From an uncultured delta proteobacterium (GTDB lineage Bacteria; Desulfobacterota; Binatia; UBA9968): a DNA stretch of 64,000 nt. Of the stretch, positions 9,956-21,420 are shown one piece after another (position 1 is the stretch's first letter; each line of letters begins with the position of its first letter). A program made the translations under genes and the position numbers. The notes beneath the pieces are model-generated. The model saw nothing but the letters and a program-made list of their open reading frames with translations, ran no database searches and was not told the DNA's origin. The stretch lies in the NCBI GenBank assembly GCA_963771465.1, contig CAVYTU010000014.1:64001-128000 (forward strand). Reading direction: 5' to 3'.

Positions 9956-10918
9956 TTACGCTTTCCTCGCCAAATCGCTCAATACATCTTTCGCCTTGAG
10001 CGCGCGGGAAATCATTTTGTACTTGTAGGTCAAATCCATCGTCACTTGGACATCTTTCTCGTTGACCGCTTTTTCAAATAGCGGCAAGCCGATCCTACCA
10101 GCGAAATCCGGGTTGAGCCCGGCCCACTTGATCATCGCCGCGCGCGCGCCGTCCTTGTCCGCGCGGATCGCATCGACACCCTTGTTGATCGCGCGCACGA
10201 ACGCTTGACTGGTCTCTTTGTTCTTTTGCAGCCATTTCTCCGACGCAAACCAACTTGCGATTAGGAATCTTGGTAACACGTCGCCCCACGGATTGGACAA
10301 TACCCGCGTCTCCGGCCGGCGCGCCGCCACCGCGGCAAAAGGTTCCTGCACGCTGATGGCGTCGACTTTGCCGGCCACCAACGCGGGCTCCATTTGCGGG
10401 AATGGAATTTCAACGAATTTGATCTTGCTCGCATTACCACCGTTCTTGTCGACCCAGGCCAGCGCCATCAGATGGACGATGTTATTAAGCGTGTTGACCG
10501 CGACGGTCTTGCCTTCGAGATCCTTGGCGCTTTTTATGGGAGCATCTTTGCCGACCACGATCGCGTGGGTCTCGTTGCTGCCGCGCACGTTGGTTGCGCC
10601 GCCGGCGATGAGCTTAAAATCGAAACCTTCGGCATGCGCCTGATAAAGCGAAATCACATTCGTCCAGCCAAATTGTAAATCGCCGGAGGTCACGCCTTGC
10701 ACGATCACCGCGCCGCCCGCCATCGGCACGGTTTCCAACTCGATGCCTTCAGCTTTGAAAAACCCCTTTTCCATCGCCATGAACATCGGGGAGCAATCGA
10801 CGATCCTCATGTAGCCCAACTTGCCCTTGGTCTGTGCCCAACTGAGATCGCGTGCGAGGGTCAACCCGGCGACGCCGACAGTGACTTTGATGAGAAAATG
10901 CCGACGGGAGATTGTCAT
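9956..10918 (-). CDS. NMT1/SsuA-like ABC substrate-binding protein with Tat-like signal
   Basis: MTISRRHFL twin-arginine motif; KGFFKAEGIE, DLEGKTVAV. Confidence 0.88.
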   Translation of the reverse strand: MTISRRHFLIKVTVGVAGLTLARDLSWAQTKGKLGYMRIVDCSPMFMAMEKGFFKAEGIELETVPMAGGAVIVQGVTSGDLQFGWTNVISLYQAHAEGFDFKLIAGGATNVRGSNETHAIVVGKDAPIKSAKDLEGKTVAVNTLNNIVHLMALAWVDKNGGNASKIKFVEIPFPQMEPALVAGKVDAISVQEPFAAVAARRPETRVLSNPWGDVLPRFLIASWFASEKWLQKNKETSQAFVRAINKGVDAIRADKDGARAAMIKWAGLNPDFAGRIGLPLFEKAVNEKDVQVTMDLTYKYKMISRALKAKDVLSDLARKA

Positions 10919-11038
10919 AGCGCTGGCTCCTAAGCTAGTTTGCTGATGAACTGAATTCCGCAAACGCCTATTCCTTAGTACAAGCGCTGAAATAAAGAAA
11001 GCAACGCCGCCCGAACGCCGATTGCTGGGCCAGCGCCG

Positions 11039-12958
11039 TCAGAGATTAGCACAAGACAACTTTATCGGACCCGGTTGCTTGGCCAGCTGTTGAATAAGCA
11101 TGGTTTGCAAGTCCTTTACCGTCTCGCGTTCCCGCTCCGCCAAATTGACCCGCTCATCGGGATCGTTGGCCAGATCGTAGAGTTCGAGCCACCCGTCATT
11201 GCAGGCGGCTATCAGTTTGAACCGGTGCCACCAAATTGCCAATTTGGTAGGTAAGACATAGTTGACCTTACTGTCAGGATGCTTGTAATTGAGTGCAATC
11301 GTGGCAACTTCAGCCGGGGACGATTCACGATCGAGCGCCTGCCCATCCATCCAATCTGGAATTGTTACGCCCAAGGTCTTAAGAATCGTAGGGGCGATAT
11401 CAATGGTTTGAGTCAGCCCCGACACTCGGGCGCCGCTCTTTTGCCCAGGAAAGCGAATCACCAGTGGCACCCAAGTTGAGTTTTCGTACAGTTCTTCGCC
11501 GTGGTAGAGGTAACCGCGTTCGAAGGAGTCGCCGTGATCCCCTGTGATAATTATTAGCGCCTCGTCGAACCAGGGTTGCCGGCGAAGAAAACCGAAGAAG
11601 TCGCCCAGCGCCGCGTCGACGGTGCGCACCGACGCCTCATATTCCGCCTTGTACGAATCCACCTCCGGCTGTAGCGCACTGTCATAGTGTTTATAGATTT
11701 CTAGTTCGGTATTTCTCTTATCGACGAATTGGCTCCTCAGCTTCCGAGCCAACATGGACAATGACGGCATGACCTTCGATTCATGAGGTTCGTGGATATG
11801 GATGAACAGAAAAAACGGCCGCCGCGCGCCGGTAATCATCGTCGTCGTCTGCTCTAAGGTATCGTTCAAGTGTCCATAGGTAGACGTTCGTTTGGGAAAA
11901 CCGAGCCAGGGAAACAACAAACGCAAATCCTGATACATCCGGCCGCCAAGAAAAGTTGGGTAGATGCCCAAATCGCGTAGCCAGCTCAGCGTGAGAAATC
12001 TAAACGCGAAGCTTTCCGGTTGACTGAGCGCGGCGGAAAAGCCCAAAGAGTGCAAAGTCGCTTCAAGACTGCTCGTCACCGCCGCCGTGGTATAGCCGTG
12101 ACTGCGAAGGATTTGCAGTAAATTTTGATCGCTCGGATACGCCGGTAATTCGCGGCTGAGCCGGGCTTGATGGAGCGAATGTTTTCCTGTGAGCAACGCC
12201 GTCAGAGAGGGAATCGTCATCGTCGCGTTCGCATGCGTGTCGAGATAGACGCTGCTGACTTTACCGAATTGCTCGATCATCGGCGTGACGACACCCTTAG
12301 GGCTATATAAAGATAAGCTTTGCGCTCGCAACGAATCAGCGACGATCACGATTACGTTTGGAGCGTGTTGGTTCGGCTTAGCTGACTCTGATGGCGCTGC
12401 TGCTACTTCCTGTCGCGCGGAAAAAGTATCAGCAATTTTAATCCCGAGAACCGCCACCGACGCGATAAAAATCGGCAGCACGGCGTACCAAAAACAGTCA
12501 CTCCAGGACGGCAAATCATCGGCTGCCGCACGAGCTGACCGGGATCTTTGGCGTCTGGCCAGGATGTACGCGCCAGCGATTAACAAAATTATGCCGCAAT
12601 GAACCACGTAACCGTCGCCGACCAACCATGGCCAGCTGGCGAGCCAACGCATTAGATAGAACGCGCTCACGAGAACACAGCCTACGCGACAAACGAATTC
12701 GTTACTCTGGAACACGGATAATGGCGGCAAGAACAGGGCGATTAGCGAAACGAACGCCGCAAGCACGACGACCCAGAAAATCAACGTCCAGAGAATCGAC
12801 GCAGCATCAGCCAGGCTGTCCATGACTGGCTCGAAATCCGTGCCGTAGACCGATTGGAGCGCCAGAATCCAGAGATACGCCACGACGCAAAGCCAAGGCC
12901 TGACAATCACGCCGTAGGCGCAAAGAACGGTTTTGATTCGCTGCTTCACCGGGCCCAT
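11039..12958 (-). CDS. Membrane-anchored sulfatase / alkaline-phosphatase-superfamily protein
   Basis: Several N-terminal TMs, PNVIVIVADSLRA, TIPSLTALLTG, TGDHG, LYDLANDPDE. Confidence 0.85.
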   Translation of the reverse strand: MGPVKQRIKTVLCAYGVIVRPWLCVVAYLWILALQSVYGTDFEPVMDSLADAASILWTLIFWVVVLAAFVSLIALFLPPLSVFQSNEFVCRVGCVLVSAFYLMRWLASWPWLVGDGYVVHCGIILLIAGAYILARRQRSRSARAAADDLPSWSDCFWYAVLPIFIASVAVLGIKIADTFSARQEVAAAPSESAKPNQHAPNVIVIVADSLRAQSLSLYSPKGVVTPMIEQFGKVSSVYLDTHANATMTIPSLTALLTGKHSLHQARLSRELPAYPSDQNLLQILRSHGYTTAAVTSSLEATLHSLGFSAALSQPESFAFRFLTLSWLRDLGIYPTFLGGRMYQDLRLLFPWLGFPKRTSTYGHLNDTLEQTTTMITGARRPFFLFIHIHEPHESKVMPSLSMLARKLRSQFVDKRNTELEIYKHYDSALQPEVDSYKAEYEASVRTVDAALGDFFGFLRRQPWFDEALIIITGDHGDSFERGYLYHGEELYENSTWVPLVIRFPGQKSGARVSGLTQTIDIAPTILKTLGVTIPDWMDGQALDRESSPAEVATIALNYKHPDSKVNYVLPTKLAIWWHRFKLIAACNDGWLELYDLANDPDERVNLAERERETVKDLQTMLIQQLAKQPGPIKLSCANL

Positions 12959-13055
12959 TCAACGGTTATCAAACCAGTTGTTTTAAGTCCCGTCGAGAAT
13001 TGTTGGAGAGATGACAGCGTCACTTCGCGAAATTGTCGACGCCCCATGAAAGAGA

Positions 13056-13295
13056 CTATAAGTGGACAAATTGTTTAGCCAGAAATTCTTTAACCTGGGC
13101 AATGTACTGCTTGATGTATCTGAGCATATAGAAGAACAAACCTAACGCGCCATAAAACATGACGTAGAGAACCTGGGAGAGCATGCCGCTGGTTCCTGGA
13201 TCGATGTAGGCCAGCACATCGCAGGGCAGGATCAATCCCCAGGCCATTATCCAAAAGGCGCGGTGAGATCCGCTCCATGGTCTATCACTGCGCAT
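13056..13295 (-). CDS. Small membrane protein with AYIDPG motif
   Basis: GAAGGAGA RBS; signal-like segment, then AYIDPGTSGML, a TM helix and a basic tail. Confidence 0.65.
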   Translation of the reverse strand: MRSDRPWSGSHRAFWIMAWGLILPCDVLAYIDPGTSGMLSQVLYVMFYGALGLFFYMLRYIKQYIAQVKEFLAKQFVHL

Positions 13296-13426
13296 ACGCG
13301 TATCTCCTTCCGTGCTCACGGGCCACTTCCATATCAAAAATAACTTGTTTGTCAAAACGCCGATCCAACCGCCAATATCGATTGGCCGTCGCACCACCGA
13401 ATCTCCCTAATTGACAATGCCGCTGG

Positions 13427-14872
13427 TCATTTTTCGCAAAGAAAAAACTTCCTCCCAGCGGGAAACGATGGCGTGACCGTGACCAACCTAAAGTGCTGTT
13501 TCAGGCAACTTTCGACATCATCGGCGGTGTAATCATCAAGGTGAGGCACGACGCTGGCACCCATCTTTGGCTTAAGAGCGGTCACAAATTCCAACAATAG
13601 CCAGCGCTCGCCCAGCGCCGCAAAGTTCTCGCAGATACGCGCTATCGGCAGGCGCTGCGATGCCACCACATGGTGCACCACCGCTAGGCCCATGACCAGT
13701 TCACTCTTGAACCGTTCGATCGGTCCTGGGCAAGCAACCCCACCGCGGCCAGCTGTTGGTGCCGAGCTAAAGACATTGACCACGAGTGGCAAGATATTGA
13801 GCCCATCTGCGCACGCCGTCTCATAACAGAACGACAACGCCGCCGGATCCGCTTCGCATGCAGTCACGCGCGCTCCGCTTTTGGCGGCAACTGCAGAATA
13901 ATCGCCCGGTGTTGGCCCCTACGTCGAGCACACTGTTAGGGCTTCAGGTCGCTGAGTATTTTGCCGACCGCCTGGTGCTTCGAGTGCCAGTCGCCGGGCG
14001 ACAAATCGGTTTGGAAGTATTTCTGGTCGTGGCTTTCGTAGTAGCGCGCCCAATGACTAGTCCGATGGTTCAGCTTGAGGCTCTCGATATTTTTGCGTAG
14101 TGAAGCAAAAAACTTGAGCTTGAGTCTTCCTTGTCCTGGTCCGCTGTTGGCAGATTTGGAGATCGAGAGAAAACGTTGTTGCATGTCATCCGGCAAATGC
14201 TCAAAGAGTTTGCCCGCGACCTTTGGAATCGCCACACCGAGAGTGCGTCGCGGATGGCGCAGTTTGAAAGATGCCGGCAACGCGGCGAGCAAATCGCCAT
14301 CGCTGACACCGCCGAGATAATCGCGCATGAGCCAACGCGCGATGTGATCCGGCCCGCCGCATACAAGTACAAAGGAAAGAGAAAAAAATTGCAGAACTGC
14401 TGATACGGCGCCCACAAAATATCGTCCCGCGCCGGGACAATTGAGCCGGCATCAATATAGACCGGCTTTGTGCCGTCGAAAAGAACGTTCCACGGATGGC
14501 CGTCCTGAAGCGTCAGTCCGTGCTCGGCTAAGCGAATACAAAGATCGAGAGTCGCAGCGCTGCGTCTCTGCAGCATCGCCGGCGGCCATTCATAGCAGTA
14601 GGATTGCACCGCCACGCGGCGATGATGCAGCACGGCGTTACCTGCCTCAGTGGTAAAGCGGGTCAATTCGCTTTCGACCAACAGCCCATCGCGCACCAGG
14701 TCAGCGATCACGCCGAGCTCAGACCAATGTTTCCAGCGCGCCGCATATTCCGGCTCTAGCGCGCGATAAAGCTCACCGCGCCATTCAAACACCCGTCCAT
14801 TGGGATCGACGAAGGATTCGCTCAGCCAGCGCTGTTCTCTGCCGCAGGAATCGTCTCGTTGGAGTTCGCCAT
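13427..14872 (-). pseudogene. Class I SAM-dependent methyltransferase, frameshifted in this sequence (possibly by read errors)
   Basis: Reconstructed across frames: SFVDPNGRVF, SYCYEWP, LTLQDGHPWNVLF, VLDVGANTG (motif I), LAVVHH, LLLEF; about four frame changes, at least two in C/G homopolymers (~13937, ~13908). Confidence 0.75.
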
Positions 14873-14963
14873 GGAGTCAGTATAAATGTTGTGACAAGTT
14901 GACTGAGTGCGCTATCTTTATTGATTCGATTGAGGTCTAAGAGCTTTGCGGCGTTGGGTAGGC

Positions 14964-15740
14964 TTACGCCGACGGCAGCCAACCGACTATACTGATTTGC
15001 CGCCCGGTTTCGCCACCCTGGCGCCGGTACGAGTAGAAATCTTTCGGCGCGCAGCTCGTGCATGGGCCGATCTCGTGGAGCTGTTTGCCTGGCACACCGG
15101 CGGCGCGGAGAATATCGCGATTGAGCCGGCGCAGATTGACGAATGACTTGCCATCTTTGACGGCAATGCTGGGAGTCGTCAGCTTGCCCCACTTTTTCAT
15201 CAGCGGTGCGGCAACATCGTCTTTGACTTCATAGCAGCACGCGCCGATCGACGGCCCGAGCGCCACTTCCAAATCCGCGGCTTCAATATTGTTTTGATCT
15301 TTGAATAGCCGCACGGTTTTCTCCGCAATCCCCGCCAACGTGCCGCGCCAACCGGCGTGCACCGCAGCCGCCAATCTTTGCTTCGGCGCAATGATTAACA
15401 GCGGCACACAGTCGGCCGTGAGAACTCCCAGGTAGACATCGTTCTCGCCGGTGATCATGCCGTCGGCCTCGCCCGCTTCTTTTAGCTGTTTGTCTTTGAT
15501 CTCAATAATATTATCGCCATGCACCTGGCGCATGGTGACAACCTTGCCGTCGTGTATGCCCACCGCCTGCTTCATGTCGCAAACGTTTTGGCTGACGATC
15601 TTCGGGTCGTCGCCGACCCGATAGGAGACATTGAGTCCGGAGTAAACGCCGACACTCTTGCCGCCGCGCCGGCCCATGAAGCCGTGCAGCAAACCCAAAT
15701 GCGTTTGCCACTGCGGAACCGTCAGGTGCGTGATTTCCAT
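14964..15740 (-). CDS. pgeF: YfiH/PgeF family purine nucleoside phosphorylase / peptidoglycan editing factor
   Basis: QVHG, LTADCVP, HAGWRG, GPSIGACCYEV, FYSYRR. Confidence 0.93.
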   Translation of the reverse strand: MEITHLTVPQWQTHLGLLHGFMGRRGGKSVGVYSGLNVSYRVGDDPKIVSQNVCDMKQAVGIHDGKVVTMRQVHGDNIIEIKDKQLKEAGEADGMITGENDVYLGVLTADCVPLLIIAPKQRLAAAVHAGWRGTLAGIAEKTVRLFKDQNNIEAADLEVALGPSIGACCYEVKDDVAAPLMKKWGKLTTPSIAVKDGKSFVNLRRLNRDILRAAGVPGKQLHEIGPCTSCAPKDFYSYRRQGGETGRQISIVGWLPSA

Positions 15741-15895
15741 TAGGCGGTATTATGTGGACTCCATCCGAGAGTTGCAAGGCGCAAACGCGCCCGGTCATCT
15801 CACGCTGACCATAGAAAACCGCAGAAACAATCAAGCAGATAGGCGTTCTTCGATCTTGCCGAAGCCCACCGAGGCGAGTAAATTGGCAACTAACA

Positions 15896-18800
15896 ATGGC
15901 CAACGGCAACTACACTGAGACGCTCCGACAGCCTGGCTTTCTCGCCTTTTTCTGGACCCAGTTCTTGGGTGCGTTCAACGATAATTTTTTGAAGATCGTC
16001 GTCTCGTTCGTCGCCTTGAATCTGGCCACCAGCGCGAGCGCGAACTACGTCGAGCTGATCGCGTTTCTGTTCATTCTTCCGTCGGCGCTATTTTCCGGTT
16101 ACGCCGGCCATCTCGCCGACGTCTACAGCAAGCGGACTATTTTAGTCACGGTGAAGCTGTGGGAAATCGCCATCATGGTTTTTGCGCTCACGGCGTTTTT
16201 CTTTGGTCAGATTCAACTCATGTTGGGTGCAGTGTTCTTGATGGGGCTGCACGCCGCATTCTTCAGTCCGGCCAAGTACGGCATCCTGCCGGAGATGCTG
16301 CCGGAAAAAGATTTGTCGCGCGGTAATGGACTTCTGGAAATGAGCACCTTCATGGCGATCATTTTGGGCACGTCGCTCGGCAGCGCGATTTTTTCCGTCT
16401 GGAAATATAACTTGCCGCTGATCGGCCTGGTGATGATCGCCATCGCGGTCTTGGGCTATTGGACCAGCTTGGGAATCTCCCATGTTCCACCATCAGGCGC
16501 GGCGAAACTATTGCGGCTCAATCCGTTCAGCGAGATCGCCGACGGTCTGCGCCGTTTGCGTTCCGAGCGTCCGCTTTGGCTCACCGTGATCGGCATCTCT
16601 TATTTTTGGTTTCTCGGCGCGCTGGTCCAAATCAACATACTTTTCTTCGGCAAAGAACTGCTCCACCTGGACGAGTTTCACATCGGCCTGCTCGGCACCT
16701 TCCTCGCCATCGGCATCGGCATCGGCAGTCTCGCCGCCGGCCGGCTGTCGGGCGATCATATCGAATTGGGCCTGGTGCCGCTCGGATCAGTTGCCATGGG
16801 TCTCTGTCTAGCCTTGGTCGCATGGTCGGCACCGTCTTATCCGGCCACGGCACTCGCGCTCGTGCTTCTTGGTTTTTCCGCTGGACTCTTCGCTGTGCCC
16901 TTGAATGCGTTGTTGCAGCAGCGCAGCGGCAAGGAAGAAAAAGGCCAGCTGATCGCGACCAATAATTTCATGAACACCATCGGCATCGCACTCGCAGCGG
17001 CAACCCACTGGCTGCTTAAATCGCCGTTACAATTGTCGCCGGATACGATCATTTTGCTGATTGGCTTAATCACCCTCGGCGGCACTGTGATCATTCTCTA
17101 TCTGCTACCCGACTATTTCGTGCGCTTTGTCCTCTGGCTTATTACCCACACCGTCTATCGCATTCGAGTGGTCGGCGACGACAAGATCCCGCTTCACGGC
17201 CCCGCGCTTTTGATATCGAATCACGTCTCCTTCGTCGACGCGATCTTGATCGGCGCCTCGCTACCGCGCTTCGTCCGTTTCATGCTGCACCGGGAGTACT
17301 ATGATCGCAAATCGCTCAATTGGTTTTTCCGCCTGATGCGCTCGATCCCGGTTTCGGCCACCAATCGGCGCGATATCATCGAGTCGATCAAGCGCGCGCG
17401 CAACGAATTGGAAAAAGGCCACGCCGTTTGCATCTTCGCCGAGGGCGCGATCAGCCGCACCGGTCGCTTGCTGCCACTCAAACGGGGCTTTGAAAGGATC
17501 GTCGATGGCACCAACGTGCCGATCGTGCCGGTGCACTTGGACCAGCTATGGGGCAGCATATTTAGTTTCAAGAACGGCCGCTTCTTTTGGAAATGGCCGG
17601 GCAAGGCGCCCTATCCCGTGACGGTTTCATTTGGCGCGGCCTTGCCGCCGACCGCCACCGTGAATCAAGTGCGCAACGCAATTTTAGAATTGGAAAGCGA
17701 AGCGGTGGAATACCGGCGCAGCGCCAGCGATCTGTTGCACACCAAATTCGTCGCAATGGCCAAGCGCCGTTGGCGCTCGTTCTGCATGGCCGATACCACG
17801 GGCACGGAACTGACCTATGGAAAAACTCTCATCGCCAGCCTCTTGTTCGCGCGCTGGGTGCGGACCCATTGCCCCAATCAGGCCATGGTCGGCGTGATGC
17901 TTCCGGCCACGGTCGGCGGCTCGCTGGTCAATATCGCAATCTTGTTCGCCGGCAAAGTGCCGGTCAATTTGAATTTCACTTCCGGCGCCGAGGCGATGAC
18001 CGCGGCCATCGCCCAATGCAAGATCAAGACGATCATCACTTCCGAGGCTTTCTTAAGTAAAGCCAATCTCGAAACCATGGAAGGCATGGTTTTCGTCGAA
18101 CAGATTCGCAGCTCGTTTACCGAAGCTCAGAAATTGACGACCGCCGCGAAAGCCTTTCTGATGCCGGCGCTCTGGTTGAACCGCCGCGCCGTCAAACAGC
18201 AACGTCCCCACGATCTGGCGACGATCATTTTTTCCAGCGGCAGCACGGGAACGCCTAAAGGCGTCATGCTGTCACACCACAACATTATTTCGAACATTGA
18301 AGGGATACGCCAGGTGATCCACTTCACGCCGAGCGATCGGATCATGGGCGTATTGCCGCTGTTTCATTCCTTTGGCTTTACCGCCACGCTCTGGTTGCCG
18401 CTGCTCGCCGGCTTTGGCGCCGTTTATCATCCCAATCCGACGGACGCCAAGACCATCGGCGAGACCGTGCAGAAATATCGAGCGACTTTGCTGATCAGCA
18501 CGCCGACTTTTTTTGTCAGCTATTGGCGCCGCTGCAGCAAGGAAGAATTTGCCAGCTTGCGCTATGTCATCGCCGGCGCGGAAAAACTGCGCGAGCAAAT
18601 CGCCAAAGGCTTTCAAGAAAAATTTGGCCTGACCATTCTCGAAGGCTACGGCTGTACCGAACTGGCGCCGGTGGTCGCGGTCAACACGCCCGATGTTACC
18701 GACGGCAAGGAAAAACAGGTCGGCCACAAGCCCGGCACCGTCGGCCACCCGATTCCCGGGGTCGCCGCCAAAGTCATCGATCCCGACACCGGACAGCCGC

Positions 18801-19288
18801 TGGGGCCTGGCGAAGAAGGACTCTTATTGATCAAAGGCCCCAATGTCATGCTCGGCTATTTGAACCAGGGAAGTCTCACCGACCAGGTCATGCGGCGCGG
18901 CTGGTACGTCACCGGAGATATCGTGGCGATCGATGAAGACGGCTTTATCAAGATCACCGATCGCCTATCACGCTTCAGCAAGATCGGCGGCGAAATGGTA
19001 CCGCACATGAAAGTCGAAGAGGCGATCAACGAGGTGCTTGGCAGCGCCGTATCCGTGGTCACCGCCCTGCCCGACCCGCAGCGCGGCGAGAAACTCGTCG
19101 CCTTTTACACCCAGAACGGTTTCAGTCGAGACGTCCTGTGGAGCAAGCTCAATCAAACCGAGCTGCCCAAACTATGGATCCCCAAACGCGAAAATATCCA
19201 CGCCATCGACGCCATCCCGATCCTCGGCTCGGGCAAGGCCGACCTCAAAAAAGTCAAAGCGATGGCGCTGGAACGCGCGGCGAGCTAA
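15896..19288 (+). CDS. aas: LplT-Aas fusion: MFS lysophospholipid flippase + acyltransferase + acyl-ACP synthetase
   Basis: TQFLGAFNDN and FSPAKYGILPE (LplT); NHVSFVD and FAEG (PlsC); FSSGSTGTPKG, EGYGCTE, YVTGD (AMP-binding). Confidence 0.93.
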   Translation: MANGNYTETLRQPGFLAFFWTQFLGAFNDNFLKIVVSFVALNLATSASANYVELIAFLFILPSALFSGYAGHLADVYSKRTILVTVKLWEIAIMVFALTAFFFGQIQLMLGAVFLMGLHAAFFSPAKYGILPEMLPEKDLSRGNGLLEMSTFMAIILGTSLGSAIFSVWKYNLPLIGLVMIAIAVLGYWTSLGISHVPPSGAAKLLRLNPFSEIADGLRRLRSERPLWLTVIGISYFWFLGALVQINILFFGKELLHLDEFHIGLLGTFLAIGIGIGSLAAGRLSGDHIELGLVPLGSVAMGLCLALVAWSAPSYPATALALVLLGFSAGLFAVPLNALLQQRSGKEEKGQLIATNNFMNTIGIALAAATHWLLKSPLQLSPDTIILLIGLITLGGTVIILYLLPDYFVRFVLWLITHTVYRIRVVGDDKIPLHGPALLISNHVSFVDAILIGASLPRFVRFMLHREYYDRKSLNWFFRLMRSIPVSATNRRDIIESIKRARNELEKGHAVCIFAEGAISRTGRLLPLKRGFERIVDGTNVPIVPVHLDQLWGSIFSFKNGRFFWKWPGKAPYPVTVSFGAALPPTATVNQVRNAILELESEAVEYRRSASDLLHTKFVAMAKRRWRSFCMADTTGTELTYGKTLIASLLFARWVRTHCPNQAMVGVMLPATVGGSLVNIAILFAGKVPVNLNFTSGAEAMTAAIAQCKIKTIITSEAFLSKANLETMEGMVFVEQIRSSFTEAQKLTTAAKAFLMPALWLNRRAVKQQRPHDLATIIFSSGSTGTPKGVMLSHHNIISNIEGIRQVIHFTPSDRIMGVLPLFHSFGFTATLWLPLLAGFGAVYHPNPTDAKTIGETVQKYRATLLISTPTFFVSYWRRCSKEEFASLRYVIAGAEKLREQIAKGFQEKFGLTILEGYGCTELAPVVAVNTPDVTDGKEKQVGHKPGTVGHPIPGVAAKVIDPDTGQPLGPGEEGLLLIKGPNVMLGYLNQGSLTDQVMRRGWYVTGDIVAIDEDGFIKITDRLSRFSKIGGEMVPHMKVEEAINEVLGSAVSVVTALPDPQRGEKLVAFYTQNGFSRDVLWSKLNQTELPKLWIPKRENIHAIDAIPILGSGKADLKKVKAMALERAAS

Positions 19289-19500
19289 CTCCGATTAAGC
19301 TGTGTTGATCGAGGTGTGACCCTGGAGGAACGAAGGCAGCGGCGCGAATGTTTCATTTTGTGCTCCAAGCTCGGCACGATGCTTGACCTTTGCGCTGCTG
19401 ATCTCATGAGCAACTCGCCGCGCGTGCATCTTCAAGGCACACTGCTTTGCCTTCGTTCCGGAAGGGTTGCGCCTCGATCGAAGTTTCACACAAATACGGG
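19289..19500 (+). mobile_element. MITE-like repeat, copy 1
   Basis: Homologous to 21421-21673 and 30017-30257; flanked by CTAA/CTAA; internal 32-bp inverted repeat at 19307-19338 / 19448-19479. Confidence 0.75.
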
Positions 19501-19559
19501 CTAACACCGACAATGAATTTCATGCCAAGCGACCACCGCGGAGCGTAGGAGCTAAGCCA

Positions 19560-21420
19560 ATGATATCGACAGCGGAAATCCGCGCCGTATATGAACACGC
19601 AACGACCGAGTTTATCGAGGCGCGTGAGTTCCAAGTGCTGGTTTCCGGCCGAGCGTCGGGAGATTTTGTCCGTCAGTTTTTACTCAACGTTTTTCGCACG
19701 CATTATCTGTCGGCCCATATCGTCGCGCTTTGCTTCGCGGCGCTGCCGTCCAATGCGGCGGCGCTGTTGAAAGAAAATCTCCTCGAAGAAATGGGCCACT
19801 CCGCAGACGAGCCACCCCATTCGGCGTTGTTGCTCAAGCTCGCTGAAGGTATCGGCTGTTCGCCGCAGGAAATTGACAAACTCATCGACGACGCGCGCCG
19901 CCGGGTTGCGGTCTTTTGTGCCACTCGAGTGCCGTTGGCCACCCTGCGTGAAATCTGTCTCGCCGTGCTGCTGGAAACGCTCTCCTTTGAGTTCATGCTG
20001 TCGCGCTGCTCGGGACAAATCGCCACGGCTTTACGCGAGCACTACGGCGTCGCCAAAGCGGCGCTCAAGTGGTTTGAGCTTCACTCCGAAGTGGACATTC
20101 GCCACGCCGAGGAAGGGCTGACGGTGATCGAAGACTACCTCGCGTTTCATCAGATCGGTGATCCGACCTTCGACCTCATCCAGCGTGCGGCTCTTGGCAA
20201 AGTCTTCAGCAAGCATTATTTCCCGGCCGAGGAGCGCGCTTTTGCTTTGCCCGTCGAAAGCAAGAACGCGTCACGCATCGAGGCGATCACCATCTATAAA
20301 CTGAAAATTCCATTTCATCAGGCCTTTCATCACGCCACCCAGCGCCGCGAGGAAAGCGACGCAGTGATCGTGCGGATCAAAGACGCCAGCGGGCAGATCG
20401 GTTACGGCGAAGCGCTGCCGCGTCCCTACGTCACCGGCGAAACCACCGCATCGATGATCGCTCATCTGCGCGGACGGCTGGCGCCGCAGATTTTCGCTCC
20501 CACATGGGTCGCGGGTTGGGCGACCTTCGAGCTTCTCGACTCCTGTCGCGCCGAGTGGACGCGAAGTCATGACAGCGCGGTCAGCGCTTGGAACGCGGCG
20601 TTTTGCGCCGTCGAATTGGCATTGCTCGACTGGAGTTTGAAAAGTCTCAGCCACTTCGCTGTCCGCATTCCTGCCACCGGCACGAAACCAAGTCATCTAC
20701 AGCGGCGTCATTTCTTCCGACAATCCAGCGGAAGCAGCGGCGTTGGCCAAGCGAATGGTCAAATTTGGTTTGCGTCAACTCAAGATCAAAGTCGGCACAT
20801 CGGACGACTACGACCGGGTCGCCGCGGTGCGCCAAGCCGTAGGGCCGGAAGTCGCATTGCGCGCCGATGCCAATGGCGCCTGGAGCGCGGCGCAAGCGGT
20901 CGAGGAATTGCACCGGCTCAAGCCTTTTAACTTACAAGTGATCGAACAACCGGTGCCGCCAGGCGATCTCGCTGGAATGAGAAAAGTCCGAGCGGAAACC
21001 GGCCTGCCGGTGATGGCCGACGAGTCGCTCGTGACCATCGAGCAAGCGCGCCATCTGATCGACGCGCGCGCCTGCGACTATTTCAACATACGCCTGTCCA
21101 AGTGCGGCGGCGTCACCGGCAGCCTGGCGATCGCCAAACTCGCCGCGCAAGCCGGCATCAAAATCCAGGTCGGCGCACAGGTCGGCGAGACGGCGATCCT
21201 TTCCGCCGCCGGCAGGACCTTTGCCGCTCATTTGCCGACGCTCGCGTTCGCCGAGGGTTCCTTCGGCACCTGGTTATTAAGCGAAGACATCGCCTTCGAA
21301 GACGTGAGCTTCGGTTACGCCGGCGTCGCGCCACTGCTCGCAAGCCGCGGCCTCAGCGTGACGGTCAAAGACGAAACCTTGGAACGGCTTGCCGTCGAAA
21401 AGATCGAGCTCAGTCGCTAG
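19560..21420 (+). CDS. Heme-oxygenase-like di-iron oxidase (CADD/PqqC-like) fused to an enolase-superfamily (MLE/dipeptide epimerase-like) domain; one +1 frameshift at 20640-20643
   Basis: ENLLEEMG...PPH and WFELHSEVDIRH; then GYGEALPRPYVTGET, KIKVG, RADANGAW, IEQP, MADES, NIRLSKCGG; removing one A from AAAA at 20640-20643 joins the two ORFs; AGGAG RBS. Confidence 0.8.

Noticed and set aside
20630-20650. Programmed ribosomal frameshift in the oxidase-enolase gene
   Set aside because: Only a 4-A run, no canonical slippery heptamer or evident stimulator; similar homopolymer slips elsewhere point to sequence error
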